Of a stretch of DNA of 64,000 bases, positions 37,799 to 47,656 are shown piece after piece. The stretch's first letter is position 1. Each line of letters opens with the position of its first letter. Location: the NCBI GenBank assembly GCA_002239025.1, contig MPNM01000003.1, positions 39,959 to 103,958 on the forward strand, written 5' to 3'. This stretch comes from Chloroflexi bacterium bin125 (GTDB lineage: Bacteria > Chloroflexota > Dehalococcoidia > Bin125). A program made the translations under genes and the position numbers. Under the pieces are notes generated by a model, which was not told the DNA's origin, made no database searches, and saw only the letters and a list, made by a program, of their open reading frames with translations.

Positions 37799-39374
37799 CC
37801 TGATTCTCCGTGGCGGCACAGTGGTCGATGGCACAGGTGGAGAGGCATTCCCAGCCGATGTCGCGGTCGAAGGCGATCGGATTTCGGCGCTCGGGGATCT
37901 TTCAGGATTGACAGCAGCTCGTGAGATCGATGCGACCGGACTGGTCGTGTCTCCCGGATTCATCGACACCCATGCGCACTCGGACGGGGTCCTGCTGCGC
38001 GACGCAGCCCATGCGCATGGTCTGGTTCAGGGGGTGACGACCGAATTCATCACCCAGGACGGCCTGTCCTACGCCATGCTGTCGGGTGACAATCTGCAGT
38101 TCTACGGTCGCTACATCGCCGGCCTGTACGGTCCGCCTCCGACCGACCTGGACATGTCCTCGATGGCCGCGTTTCGCTCGCACTACGACGGCAAGGGATG
38201 CAACGTCGCCGTGCAGGTTCCGCATGGACCTGTTCGGCTGGAAAGCGTCGGCTTCGAGGATGTCCCGCTACGCAGCGAGGGACTGTCACATGCCGAGCGA
38301 ATGGTCGCCGAAGGGATGGAACAGGGCGCGACCGGCTTTTCGACGGGCCTGTCGTACTACCCGAACTCATACTCGGACACCGAAGAGTTGGTAGCGCTCA
38401 ATCGTGTCGTCGCGTCACACGATGGCGTGTACGTGACGCATATCCGCAATCACAACGACGACCGAGCGCCCGACGGCTCGGGCATCGTCGAAGCGATGAA
38501 CATTGGTCGTCGCAGCGGCGTCAAGGTTCATATCTCGCACTACCGCACGTTCCCGAGCAATGCCGGTGATATTGAATCAATCATGTCCGAAGTCGACAAG
38601 GCCAAGGCGGAGGGCGTCGATGTCACGCTCGAGTGCTACCCCTACGCCGCTGCGGCGACGGTGCCGGGATACTTCCTGCGCGGCGAGTGCCATGTCGGTG
38701 GTGTCGACCGGCTGTTGGAGCGGCTGGGCGATCCAGCCTGGCGCGATCGGTTGGTTGACTCGCTGGAGAACCTGTTCCCCGGACGCAGCGACAGCGCCAC
38801 CTGGACCTGGATCGGCGCAGAGCACCTCAAGCATCTCGAAGGTGTGTCCTTCGCCGACGCCGCGACGTTGGTGGGCACATCGGTGTCGGAGATGACGCTG
38901 ACGGTGATGCGCGAATCGGGAATGCAGTGCGGATTCCGCGACGGAATGCCGGCCAGCGCGTCATTGGTGCGCCAGGTCGAGGCGGACGTGATCGCGCTGC
39001 TCTCGCGCGATGACTACATGGTCGGTTCAGACGGCATTCCCTTCGACGAGGGCATCCCACACCCTCGCGCCTACGGTACGTTCCCGCGAATCCTCGGTCG
39101 CCTCCGCCGTCGCCTGGGCGTCTCGCTCGAGCACCTGGTGCGAGGAATGACATCGCTGCCTTGCGAGCGGTTTGGTCTAACCGATCGAGGCGTGGTCGCC
39201 GAGGGCAAGTTCGCTGACCTTGTCGTGTTTGATCCAGAAACGATCATCGACACGGCCGACTTCAACGACCCTCGAACGTCGCCGGCAGGCATTCCCTACG
39301 TGGTGGTTAACGGCCAGGTCGCCGTGGACGGTGGCCGTCCAACGGGAGCCCTGGCCGGTCGGTCGATTCCCTGA
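37791..39374 (+). CDS. N-acyl-D-amino-acid deacylase
   Basis: PGFIDTHAHSD, GSDG, PHPRAYGTFPR. Confidence 0.92.
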   Translation: MVDLILRGGTVVDGTGGEAFPADVAVEGDRISALGDLSGLTAAREIDATGLVVSPGFIDTHAHSDGVLLRDAAHAHGLVQGVTTEFITQDGLSYAMLSGDNLQFYGRYIAGLYGPPPTDLDMSSMAAFRSHYDGKGCNVAVQVPHGPVRLESVGFEDVPLRSEGLSHAERMVAEGMEQGATGFSTGLSYYPNSYSDTEELVALNRVVASHDGVYVTHIRNHNDDRAPDGSGIVEAMNIGRRSGVKVHISHYRTFPSNAGDIESIMSEVDKAKAEGVDVTLECYPYAAAATVPGYFLRGECHVGGVDRLLERLGDPAWRDRLVDSLENLFPGRSDSATWTWIGAEHLKHLEGVSFADAATLVGTSVSEMTLTVMRESGMQCGFRDGMPASASLVRQVEADVIALLSRDDYMVGSDGIPFDEGIPHPRAYGTFPRILGRLRRRLGVSLEHLVRGMTSLPCERFGLTDRGVVAEGKFADLVVFDPETIIDTADFNDPRTSPAGIPYVVVNGQVAVDGGRPTGALAGRSIP

Positions 39375-39384
39375 GCGTCCTTAG

Positions 39385-39526
39385 ACCTCCCCCTCTTGGG
39401 GGAGGTGTCACGAAGTGACGGAGGGGGCCGGTCCGGACACGGGCGTTGGTAATCCGGGACAGCGCCTCACGTCTCGACCTGCGGCCCCCTCTGCCGTTGT
39501 ACGGCATCTCCCCCAGAGGGGGAGAT
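39385..39526. repeat. Family A palindromic doublet
   Basis: CCTCCCCCTCTTGGGGGAGGTGTCACGAAGTGACGGAG ... CATCTCCCCCAGAGGGGGAGAT. Confidence 0.85.
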
Positions 39527-39536
39527 CTTCGGAACG

Positions 39537-40781
39537 CTATTCGACAACCCCGTCGACCATCAATTGATGAAACTCTGCCTCGCTGTACCCGCAGAGTTCT
39601 CGGTAGACGTACTCGGAGTCTTCACCCAACAAGGGTGAGCGACGAGGCATCGGTGGCGGTGTGGCGCTGAGACGCCAGGGTGGGCTTTCGTAGGACATCT
39701 CGCCGATCACTGGGTGGTCGCTCTTCCACCAGTGGTTGCGATGAGCGAGCTGTGGGTCCTCGTGGGCGTCGCGCACTGTGGATGCTCGATGGGCTGGGAC
39801 TCCGACAGCTTGGAGTTCTTGCTCGATTTCGTCAACGGTTCTCTGCGATGTCCAGCGAGTGATGCCGTCGTCGAGTGCGTCCTGCGCGGCCAGGCGTCCA
39901 GCGGTATGACAGAGTTCGTCGGACTCAAGCCAATCTTGTCGATCCATGATCAGCGCCAGGCGTCGCCATTGGTCGTCCGATGTCACCGCGATTGCGATCC
40001 AACGGTCGCTACCGGTGTGGTCGTCGGCGCAGGGATACACGCCGTGCGGGGCAAATCGCCGGTCTCGGTTACCGAGCGGCCTCGCGACTCGGCCCGTGTT
40101 GGCTGCGTCGATCACTCCGGCGTCCAGCACCAGGGTCGAGGCTTCGAATTGCGAGAGGTCGATGTATTGGCCCTCGCCCGTCCGGCGCCGATGGTCGAGC
40201 GCGGCCAGGATGCCGATGATCGCGACGTGGGTCGCGACCCAGTCGGTGTAGGCGACGCCCGTGCCGACCGGCGGCAAGTCGGGCCATCCCGTGACCCCGG
40301 TCACGCCAGCGGTCGCTTGCAAGGTGAGACCAAAGCCACGGAACTTGGCATGCGGTCCGGTCTGACCCTCCATCGACATCGAGCACATGATCACGTCAGG
40401 CTTGATCTTGCGGACTTCCTCGTAGTTGAGGCCGAGCCGGTCCATGAATCCCGGCGCAAACGACTCGGTCACGATGTCGGCGCTGGCGATCAGACGCCGC
40501 GCAACTTCTGCACCGCGTTCATGGGCAAGATTGATCGCCACCGACCGCTTTCCGCGATTGAACTTGGCGAAGTACGACGAGGCGTCAAGCGAGTGATCGC
40601 CGGCAGGACGGGGTCCGCCGGATCGGAACGTATCGGGACGGCGCGTCGACTCCACCCGGATTACTTCCGCACCGTGAAACGCCATCTGCATGGTCGCGTT
40701 TGGTCCAACGCCGACCCAAGCGAAGTCGGCGATGCGAACGCCGTCGAACAGGTGCGCACCGGGAATCTCGTTGCTGCTCAT
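39537..40781 (-). CDS. CaiB/BaiF CoA transferase (catalytic Asp retained)
   Basis: GAEVIRVES, NRGKRS, AYTDW, GEGQYIDLS. Confidence 0.92.
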   Translation of the reverse strand: MSSNEIPGAHLFDGVRIADFAWVGVGPNATMQMAFHGAEVIRVESTRRPDTFRSGGPRPAGDHSLDASSYFAKFNRGKRSVAINLAHERGAEVARRLIASADIVTESFAPGFMDRLGLNYEEVRKIKPDVIMCSMSMEGQTGPHAKFRGFGLTLQATAGVTGVTGWPDLPPVGTGVAYTDWVATHVAIIGILAALDHRRRTGEGQYIDLSQFEASTLVLDAGVIDAANTGRVARPLGNRDRRFAPHGVYPCADDHTGSDRWIAIAVTSDDQWRRLALIMDRQDWLESDELCHTAGRLAAQDALDDGITRWTSQRTVDEIEQELQAVGVPAHRASTVRDAHEDPQLAHRNHWWKSDHPVIGEMSYESPPWRLSATPPPMPRRSPLLGEDSEYVYRELCGYSEAEFHQLMVDGVVE

Positions 40782-40796
40782 TGGATGGCGAAACCC

Positions 40797-41588
40797 TTAG
40801 CGTCGCTGGAAGCTCGGGTCGCGTCGCTCCTTGAACGAGCGCGCGCCCTCGCTGGCATCGAGCGAGTTGCGCAGCCACGCCTGATTGAGCTCCTCAAGTT
40901 GTGCCTGCTGAGTGGCGTCGTTGTTGAGGGCGGCGTAGATCGCGCGTTTGGTCAGACCCATCGCCCAGGGCGCGCCCTGCGCGAGGCGGTCGGCCAGAGC
41001 AAGCGTCTCGGTCATCAGATCATCATGTGCAACGACGCGATTGGTGATTCCCAGTTCCAGAGCGCGGTTGGCGTCGATTGGATCCGACGTCCAGAACGCC
41101 TCCAGGGCTCGTGAATGGCCGACCAGTCGTGTAAGCGTCCACGAGGCTGCCCAGTCCGGTCCCAGTCCGATTTTGAGGAAGCCGGGATGGAAGCGGGCGT
41201 TCTCCGACATGATGCGAATGTCAGCAGACAGCGCAATCGCGAATCCAGCGCCGGCAGCTGCGCCGTTGACGGCCGCAATGACCGGGATTTCCAACTGCTG
41301 GAGTTCTGCAGTGAATCCGTAGCGCAGTTCGGTCGAGCCGAGTCCAGGCTGCGATTCGGAGGCGACACGTTCCTCGCGATTGGAGAGGTCGGCGCCCGAA
41401 CAGAACCCGCGCCCGGCGCCGGTGATCACGAGCACCCGCGCCTCAGGGTCGGCCTTGAGATCGACGACCATCTCACGCAAGCCGGTGCGGATGCGGCCTG
41501 AGAGCGCGTTGAGCACTTCGGGTCGGTTGAGCGTCGCAACGACGACTCCATTGGATCGTTTCTCGATGAGCAGGTGGTCCTCTGACAT
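40797..41588 (-). CDS. Enoyl-CoA hydratase/isomerase
   Basis: NRPEVLNAL, FCSGADL, IAAVNGAAAGAG. Confidence 0.93.
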   Translation of the reverse strand: MSEDHLLIEKRSNGVVVATLNRPEVLNALSGRIRTGLREMVVDLKADPEARVLVITGAGRGFCSGADLSNREERVASESQPGLGSTELRYGFTAELQQLEIPVIAAVNGAAAGAGFAIALSADIRIMSENARFHPGFLKIGLGPDWAASWTLTRLVGHSRALEAFWTSDPIDANRALELGITNRVVAHDDLMTETLALADRLAQGAPWAMGLTKRAIYAALNNDATQQAQLEELNQAWLRNSLDASEGARSFKERRDPSFQRR

Positions 41589-41590
41589 GG

Positions 41591-42793
41591 TCAGACTCTT
41601 TCTGTTTGCGATTGGTTCGCTGGCGTGAGTATCTCGTAGTTGTGTTGGCCGGGCGTCGGCGCGGGATGGGATTGCCACGGTGTCGCCGACATCTTTAGTG
41701 GCGCGCCCGGAACCTTGAGGTGTCCCAACGCCGGATCGTCGACCTCGGTGAAGAAGGCTCGGGCAGCGAGCTGTGGACTGCCGACGATGTCCTGCATCGT
41801 ATTGACTGGACAGATCATCACGTTGAATTGCTGTCCCGATTCATACAGTGCCTGCGCGCCACGTGTTGAGAAAAAGGCTTCGATTTCTGCTTCGAGTTCG
41901 GCGACTTCTTCGCTGCTCGGGGTGCGGTCACCGGCGATGGGAATGTTGGCCCAGTATTCGGCGTCGAACTGCGGATCGCCGTGCTCTGCGGTCATCCAAC
42001 GATGGAGCGAATGAATCGAGGCGGGAACGCGGACGAAAGCGACGTAGCCGTCGGCGCAGGGGTAGATGATCCGTGTGGCGCGATCAGCGAAGGCGCGAGC
42101 GCCGCCAGCACGCTTTGTGATGATGCCGTCCATCTCCCAGTACAGACGCGCGTTGCCCAGGGTGTTGGCCATCGCTGCTTGCATGGAGACATCAATGTGC
42201 TGTCCGCGACCGGTCAGGTTGCGAGCATGGAGCGCGATCATTGCCGCAGAGCCGGCATTGAGCGCGGTGATGTTGTAGGCCTGCTCGACCGATGGTCGCA
42301 GCGGTGCGCGTTCAGGGTCGCCGACGAGAGAACTGAGGCCTCCGGAGACATGGCCGATCAGGTCGGACGCCGCCCACATTGACTTTGGCCCGTCTTGACC
42401 AAACGGGGTAATCGAAATGTAGATCAGTTGAGGGGCACGGTCGCGCAGATCGGCGTAGCCGAGTCCGCGTTCAGCCATTGCTCCCGGTGCGTCCGATTCG
42501 AAGAGGAAATCGGCGTTTTCGCAGAGTGTTCCCAGTCGTTCGCGATCGGCTTCGATGTCGAGATCGAGTATGACCGAGCGCTTGCCCGCGTTCATCTGAG
42601 CCCAGTAGAGCGAGGAGTCTTGATCCTCGCGCAGCATCGGCCCGCGCTGGCGCGAAGGGTGTCCGTCGGGAGGCTCGACTCTGATCACGTCAACGCCGAG
42701 TCCGGCCAGCACCATCGTCGACAAGGCACCGATTTCGTCCGTCAGATCGATGGCAGAGTAGGGGCTTAACGCTCCGTCAGTTGTCTGGGACAT
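41591..42793 (-). CDS. CaiB/BaiF CoA transferase subunit (catalytic Asp apparently absent)
   Basis: GVDVIRVEPP, NAGKRS, GRGQHIDVS; start ATG 42793. Confidence 0.9.
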   Translation of the reverse strand: MSQTTDGALSPYSAIDLTDEIGALSTMVLAGLGVDVIRVEPPDGHPSRQRGPMLREDQDSSLYWAQMNAGKRSVILDLDIEADRERLGTLCENADFLFESDAPGAMAERGLGYADLRDRAPQLIYISITPFGQDGPKSMWAASDLIGHVSGGLSSLVGDPERAPLRPSVEQAYNITALNAGSAAMIALHARNLTGRGQHIDVSMQAAMANTLGNARLYWEMDGIITKRAGGARAFADRATRIIYPCADGYVAFVRVPASIHSLHRWMTAEHGDPQFDAEYWANIPIAGDRTPSSEEVAELEAEIEAFFSTRGAQALYESGQQFNVMICPVNTMQDIVGSPQLAARAFFTEVDDPALGHLKVPGAPLKMSATPWQSHPAPTPGQHNYEILTPANQSQTERV

Positions 42794-42869
42794 ACGCAGT
42801 ACGGTACGACACGTGGTGTTGAGGCGCGTCAGTGTATCTTCATTCTTTCCCAACAGAACGGAATGTGTC

Positions 42870-43943
42870 GTGAGTACCTCGGACTCCGGATTGCCAATCC
42901 GGGCAGCGATCATCAATGTGACGGGCTATGTCGGAGCGGAGCTGGCACGTCTGCTGGCGCAGCATCCGGCAGTGGAGATCGTCTGTGTGACGGGTCGTTC
43001 CGAGGTGGGCAAGCGTTTGCCAGAGGTGTTTCCTCACCTGTGGTCACTCGACCTGCCGATCGTGGCTGAGGTCGAGGAAGATGTCGACGTCATTTTTTCC
43101 GGCCTGCCACACGCGGCCGCAGCCGAACGCCTGACGCCGTTCATTGAATGTGGAACTCCTGTAATCGATGCGTCGGCGGACTTTCGCCTCTACGACGAAG
43201 AGACGTATGAGCAGTGGTACGGGCAGCATCCGTCGCCGCAACTGCTGGAGCAATCGGTGTACGGGCTGCCGGAGTTGCACCGCGAGGCGATCGTTGAATC
43301 GCGACTGGTCGGCGTACCCGGCTGCTACCCAACGTCGGCAATCCTGGCACTGGCGCCGCTGGCCGCGCAGGGCTGGCTCGACGGTCGAACTGTCGTTGAT
43401 GCGAAGTCGGGAGTCTCGGGAGCGGGGCGCGGGCTCAAGATCACGTCCCACTTCTCTGAGGTTGATTCCAACTTCTCTGCCTATGGACTCTCGGGACACC
43501 GGCATCAGCCGGAGATGGTCCAGGAGCTTTCGACGCTGCAGCACGCGACCGAGAGCGATGCCGAGTTAACTGTCACATTCGTGCCGCATCTCGTGCCGAT
43601 GACGCGGGGCATTCTGGCGACTTGCTATCCGTCGATCCAGGACGGCGCGCTGCCGGAGAACTCGGAAGAGCGTGCTGAGGCGTTGCGCGATGTGTACGAG
43701 TCGTACTACGCCGAGGAACCGTTTGTTCATGTTGCGCCGAATGCGCCTTCGACCAAGCAGACGCTCGGCTCGAACGCTTGCATCGTCTATCCGATGGTGG
43801 ATCCGATGACCGGCGAGGTCATGGTGATCAGCGCTATCGACAACCTGGTCAAAGGCACAGCAGGCGCGGCAGTGCAGTGCTTCAATCTGATGTTCGGCAT
43901 TCCAGAGGAAGTCGGACTGAGCAAGATTGGCGTGTACCCATGA
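42870..43943 (+). CDS. argC: N-acetyl-gamma-glutamyl-phosphate reductase
   Basis: TGYVG, SADFRL, PGCYPT, SGVSGAGR, DNLVKG. Confidence 0.95.
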   Translation: MSTSDSGLPIRAAIINVTGYVGAELARLLAQHPAVEIVCVTGRSEVGKRLPEVFPHLWSLDLPIVAEVEEDVDVIFSGLPHAAAAERLTPFIECGTPVIDASADFRLYDEETYEQWYGQHPSPQLLEQSVYGLPELHREAIVESRLVGVPGCYPTSAILALAPLAAQGWLDGRTVVDAKSGVSGAGRGLKITSHFSEVDSNFSAYGLSGHRHQPEMVQELSTLQHATESDAELTVTFVPHLVPMTRGILATCYPSIQDGALPENSEERAEALRDVYESYYAEEPFVHVAPNAPSTKQTLGSNACIVYPMVDPMTGEVMVISAIDNLVKGTAGAAVQCFNLMFGIPEEVGLSKIGVYP

Positions 43944-45157
43944 GCGCGTCACATGACTCGTTGGGAGCCAACCCCGCCGCCGAAGGGGCCGTTACCCGAG
44001 CGCAGGGTTTCTCGGCTTGCGGGTTTACGGCAGGTATCAAGGAGTCCGGGCTACCCGATCTGGCCATGCTGGTCTCGGACCGACCCGCGACGACGGCCGC
44101 CGTCTACACACAGAACCAGAGCACGGCTGCCCCAGTTCACATCAGCAAAGTGCATACGAAGAACGGCACGCTGCGCGCCGTGGTCGTCAATTCCGGTAAC
44201 GCCAACTGCGCGACTGGCGAACAGGGCATGGCCGATGCTCGCGAAATGACCCGATTGGCAGCCGACCGCGTCGGTTGCGCTGCCGAGGATGTCTTCGTCA
44301 ATTCGACCGGCATCATCGGTCACTACCTGCCGATGGACCTATTGCGCAGTGGCATCCCGCAAATGGAGCCACGGGCAGACGGCGGTGCCGAGTTCGCCCG
44401 CGCAATCATGACGACCGATACGTTTGCCAAAGAAGCGGTATCGACGTTCGAGGCGGGCGGCGTGATTTACACCGTCGGCGGTTGTGCCAAGGGCGCGGGG
44501 ATGATTCATCCCGATATGGCGACGATGCTGGCGTTTTTCACGACCGATGCGCCGGTCGTAGTGGACGACCTTGATGCCGCATTCCGCTTTGCCATGGATC
44601 GATCGTTCAATATGGTCACGGTCGATGGTGATACGTCGACAAACGATTCCTCGGTCATCCTGGCGAACGGCGCTGCCGGCGGCCCGGCCCTTACAGGTCC
44701 AGGTTTGGACGCGTTTGCTGAGGCGCTTCTGGAAGTCTCGACCAGAGTGGCCAAGATGATGGCCCGCGACGGTGAGGGCGCGACGAAGCGGATTTCGATG
44801 ACCGTGTCAGGCGCGAAGTCGTGGAACGATGCTCGCGATGTGGCTCGGACGATCGTCGTATCGCCGCTGCTCAAGGCGGCGTTGAGCAAGTACGACCCGA
44901 ACTGGGGCCGGATCCTGATGGCTGCTGGTCGCGCCGGAGTCCCCTATGACCTCGATCGGGTTCGCATCTGGATTTCGGACCTGTGTGTATTCGACGGCAC
45001 AGCCACCGGCGTACCGGAGGAAGAAGCGTCGGCAAAGACACAGGGCGATGAGGTGTTCCTGAGGATGGATCTCGGTCAGGGCGACGCCGAAGCAACAGCC
45101 TGGGGTTGCGATCTGACCGAGGAGTACGTCCGCTTCAACGCCGACTACGTGACGTAG
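43940..45157 (+). CDS. argJ: Bifunctional ornithine acetyltransferase
   Basis: NSGNAN, IMTTDT, KGAGMIHPDMATML, DGDTSTND, RDGEGATK. Confidence 0.96.
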   Translation: MSASHDSLGANPAAEGAVTRAQGFSACGFTAGIKESGLPDLAMLVSDRPATTAAVYTQNQSTAAPVHISKVHTKNGTLRAVVVNSGNANCATGEQGMADAREMTRLAADRVGCAAEDVFVNSTGIIGHYLPMDLLRSGIPQMEPRADGGAEFARAIMTTDTFAKEAVSTFEAGGVIYTVGGCAKGAGMIHPDMATMLAFFTTDAPVVVDDLDAAFRFAMDRSFNMVTVDGDTSTNDSSVILANGAAGGPALTGPGLDAFAEALLEVSTRVAKMMARDGEGATKRISMTVSGAKSWNDARDVARTIVVSPLLKAALSKYDPNWGRILMAAGRAGVPYDLDRVRIWISDLCVFDGTATGVPEEEASAKTQGDEVFLRMDLGQGDAEATAWGCDLTEEYVRFNADYVT

Positions 45158-45170
45158 ATACACTGCACTT

Positions 45171-45527
45171 ATGGCAGCGACACGAGACTCCCTATGGGTA
45201 TGGAAGATCCCTGGTGTACCAGAGTCATTGAGGCCACTGGTCCAGGTAGGGAGCAACCTGTGGGATGCCAATTCGCATGACGAGTACGAACGCCGCATGA
45301 AAGCAGTTTCGGCTCCTGACGGCTCCGTGGAAGATCGCGATTTCATGTTGGCGTTAGGCATGACCGCTGACCAGTTGATAAACAGCACAGGATTGACCGA
45401 CGAGGAAATCTTGGCAGAGTTCGGCGAAACGAGGGAGGAGCTGTCAGCCACTCTCGGCTTGCCGACCGAAGACGAAGTGATCGATTTTGGCAAACGGTAC
45501 GTTGTGCCGGATGCCATTCACGATTAG
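45171..45527 (+). CDS. Acidic hypothetical protein (possible antitoxin)
   Basis: TACACT 6 nt before ATG; overlaps next gene. Confidence 0.65.
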   Translation: MAATRDSLWVWKIPGVPESLRPLVQVGSNLWDANSHDEYERRMKAVSAPDGSVEDRDFMLALGMTADQLINSTGLTDEEILAEFGETREELSATLGLPTEDEVIDFGKRYVVPDAIHD

Positions 45528-45762
45528 CTACAGCAACGAAGTCAAAGCAGAGTTCCGTGCCTCTCCAGCGTGGGACATCGTCATGATTCGTGGTCTGATC
45601 GGCAGCTTTGAGCATGATCGTTGGCTTAACGGCAAGCCGATCGACGGAACCTCGTCACCAGGTGCCGAGCTGATGCAGCTCAGCAGCAATCACATCACGC
45701 TCCACTACGAACTCAACCGCGATGCGGAGCAGGTTCGTATCGTCGCCATCGTCCGCGACTGA
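45511..45762 (+). CDS. RelE/ParE-fold-like small protein
   Basis: 83 aa; FTISYS..V..EF N-terminus and HYEL....QVRIVAI C-terminus resemble the RelE pattern. Confidence 0.5.
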   Translation: MPFTISYSNEVKAEFRASPAWDIVMIRGLIGSFEHDRWLNGKPIDGTSSPGAELMQLSSNHITLHYELNRDAEQVRIVAIVRD

Positions 45763-45773
45763 TCGAAATGGCG

Positions 45774-46814
45774 CTACTGCAGCGGCAGCGGCGATTGCCA
45801 CCATGACGGCTTGTTGCTGACCTCGATCCTGGTGACCCACTTGACCCAGTTGTAGCCCCGATGACCCGGTGCGACGAGGCGCAGGGGGAATCCGTGGCCA
45901 CTCGAGAGAGGCTCGCCCGAGATGTGGATGGCGAGCAACAACTGGTTGGCGTCGGTAATCGGAAAGCGTCGATTGAAGCCGGTTGCCGACTCGATCACGA
46001 TGCTCTCCGCGTGATCGTTGGGATCAGCGATTGCAATCACGTCAGACAGGCGCACTCCGCTCCATTCCTGGACCGTGTACCAACCCCCGGTGCAGTCGAG
46101 GGTGGCAGTGGTTCGGTGGTTGGCGATGTCCAGGATGGTCTGGTAGCCCAGTCTGGCCGGTGTGCCGACCTCTCCCTGGACAGTGAGCCGCCAGTCGTTG
46201 GCGTCGATTTGCTGCCGGCTGTCAAACAGCCATTGTGTAACCGGATGCGCGTTGCCCTGTCCGCTGGCCTCTTCCCGAGAACCAGTGAATCTTGGCCGTT
46301 TGCCAGCAACCGGAGCTGCTGCCGAGGCTCCCTGCCAGAGCAGCAGGCCGCCGAGTCCAACGCCAAGCAGTCGCAGAGCAGCTCGGCGGTTGGTGAAGTC
46401 CGTGGTTTTGACCCGTCGCGGCCAACGCATGGCAGCGTGTGCAATCAGCGGGATTGTGAGTGCGAGACCGAGGGTCGTGTGGATGACAAGTAGGCGCATA
46501 TTCCCGTAGAGCGGGATGTCAATTCCGCCCCGACCGATGATTGCCCAGAGCGTTCCGGTGGTCAGCACGCCAACGAATAGCAAGACCAGGACGAAAGAAC
46601 CGATCGTTTCCGACACGACGCCTCGCCGGCGGAATGAGCGCAGGACGATGCGGTACTTCCATATGACCAGCCCAACCAACGAGAATCCTGCGATCCCGTG
46701 CAGCCAGAAGATCCATTCACCGCTGGGACGTCCAATTGTGAACGAGATCAGCCCGGAGAGCAGCTCGATGCTGAGCAGGAAGAGGATCGCATGGTTGGTC
46801 GCGCGGGCGCTCAT
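45774..46814 (-). CDS. Sulfite oxidase-family molybdopterin oxidoreductase with N-terminal TM (cytochrome b-like) region
   Basis: LDCTGGW, WSGV, HGFPLRLVAPG..GYNWVKW; His residues in TM helices. Confidence 0.88.
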   Translation of the reverse strand: MSARATNHAILFLLSIELLSGLISFTIGRPSGEWIFWLHGIAGFSLVGLVIWKYRIVLRSFRRRGVVSETIGSFVLVLLFVGVLTTGTLWAIIGRGGIDIPLYGNMRLLVIHTTLGLALTIPLIAHAAMRWPRRVKTTDFTNRRAALRLLGVGLGGLLLWQGASAAAPVAGKRPRFTGSREEASGQGNAHPVTQWLFDSRQQIDANDWRLTVQGEVGTPARLGYQTILDIANHRTTATLDCTGGWYTVQEWSGVRLSDVIAIADPNDHAESIVIESATGFNRRFPITDANQLLLAIHISGEPLSSGHGFPLRLVAPGHRGYNWVKWVTRIEVSNKPSWWQSPLPLQ

Positions 46815-46876
46815 AGGGCGACGGTATCTGGTTCGAAATGCAGTCCGACTGCGATCCGTGGGCTAGGCTTGCATCC

Positions 46877-47656
46877 ATGACTTCCGCTAACCAGAACCTC
46901 GGCCCGGTCGTGATCAAGATCGGCGGCTCGACGCTTGGTGAACATGACACCTCGCTGTCGGACTGCGTCGCTCTACATCGCGAGGGTCGGCCGGTGGTCG
47001 TTGTCCACGGGGGCGGCGCGGCCGTGACCGACTGGCAGCGTCGACTCGGCGCTGAGGCAGCGTGGGTCGATGGGTTGCGCTCGACGACGCCGGAGTCGTT
47101 GGAAGTGGTAGTTGCGGTGCTGGCCGGATTGATCAACAAAGAACTGACGCGACGGTTGCAGGAGCTGGGCGCCCCGGCGATTGGCCTGAGCGGTGTCGAC
47201 GGCGGCACACTGCGTTCGCCAATCTCGACGAGAATCGGACTCGTGGGTGAAACGCCGCGCTGCGACCCTCACACACTGCGACGGATTCTCGACGCCGGCT
47301 TGCTACCTGTGCTCGCACCGGTGGGGTTGGCGGAAGATTTGTCCACGACCCTGAACATCAACGCCGATGCGGCGGCCGGTGCGGTGGCGAATGCGCTTGG
47401 CGCTTCTGCTCTGATCTTCCTGACCGACGTTCCGCAGGTGCTGGACGGTAACGGGGCGGGAATCGAATGCCTGAATGACGCACGGCAACGGGAGTTGACC
47501 GAGTGCGGAGTGATCGCCGGCGGAATGTTGCCCAAGTTGCGCGCCGGGCGTGAAACGGTTGGCTCGGGCGCTGAGGTCCGTATCGTAGACGGCAGACAAC
47601 CGCAAATCGTCCGCGCAGCCGTTGATGGCGCGGCAGTGGGAACGGCCCTCGTATGA
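46877..47656 (+). CDS. argB: Acetylglutamate kinase
   Basis: VIKIGGS, VHGGG, NINAD, FLTDV, GGMLPK. Confidence 0.95.
   Translation: MTSANQNLGPVVIKIGGSTLGEHDTSLSDCVALHREGRPVVVVHGGGAAVTDWQRRLGAEAAWVDGLRSTTPESLEVVVAVLAGLINKELTRRLQELGAPAIGLSGVDGGTLRSPISTRIGLVGETPRCDPHTLRRILDAGLLPVLAPVGLAEDLSTTLNINADAAAGAVANALGASALIFLTDVPQVLDGNGAGIECLNDARQRELTECGVIAGGMLPKLRAGRETVGSGAEVRIVDGRQPQIVRAAVDGAAVGTALV

Noticed and set aside
39714-41114. Long antisense ORFs here and elsewhere (e.g. 47269-48399, 61843-62922)
   Set aside because: Shadow frames of well-supported genes, typical of high-GC codon bias
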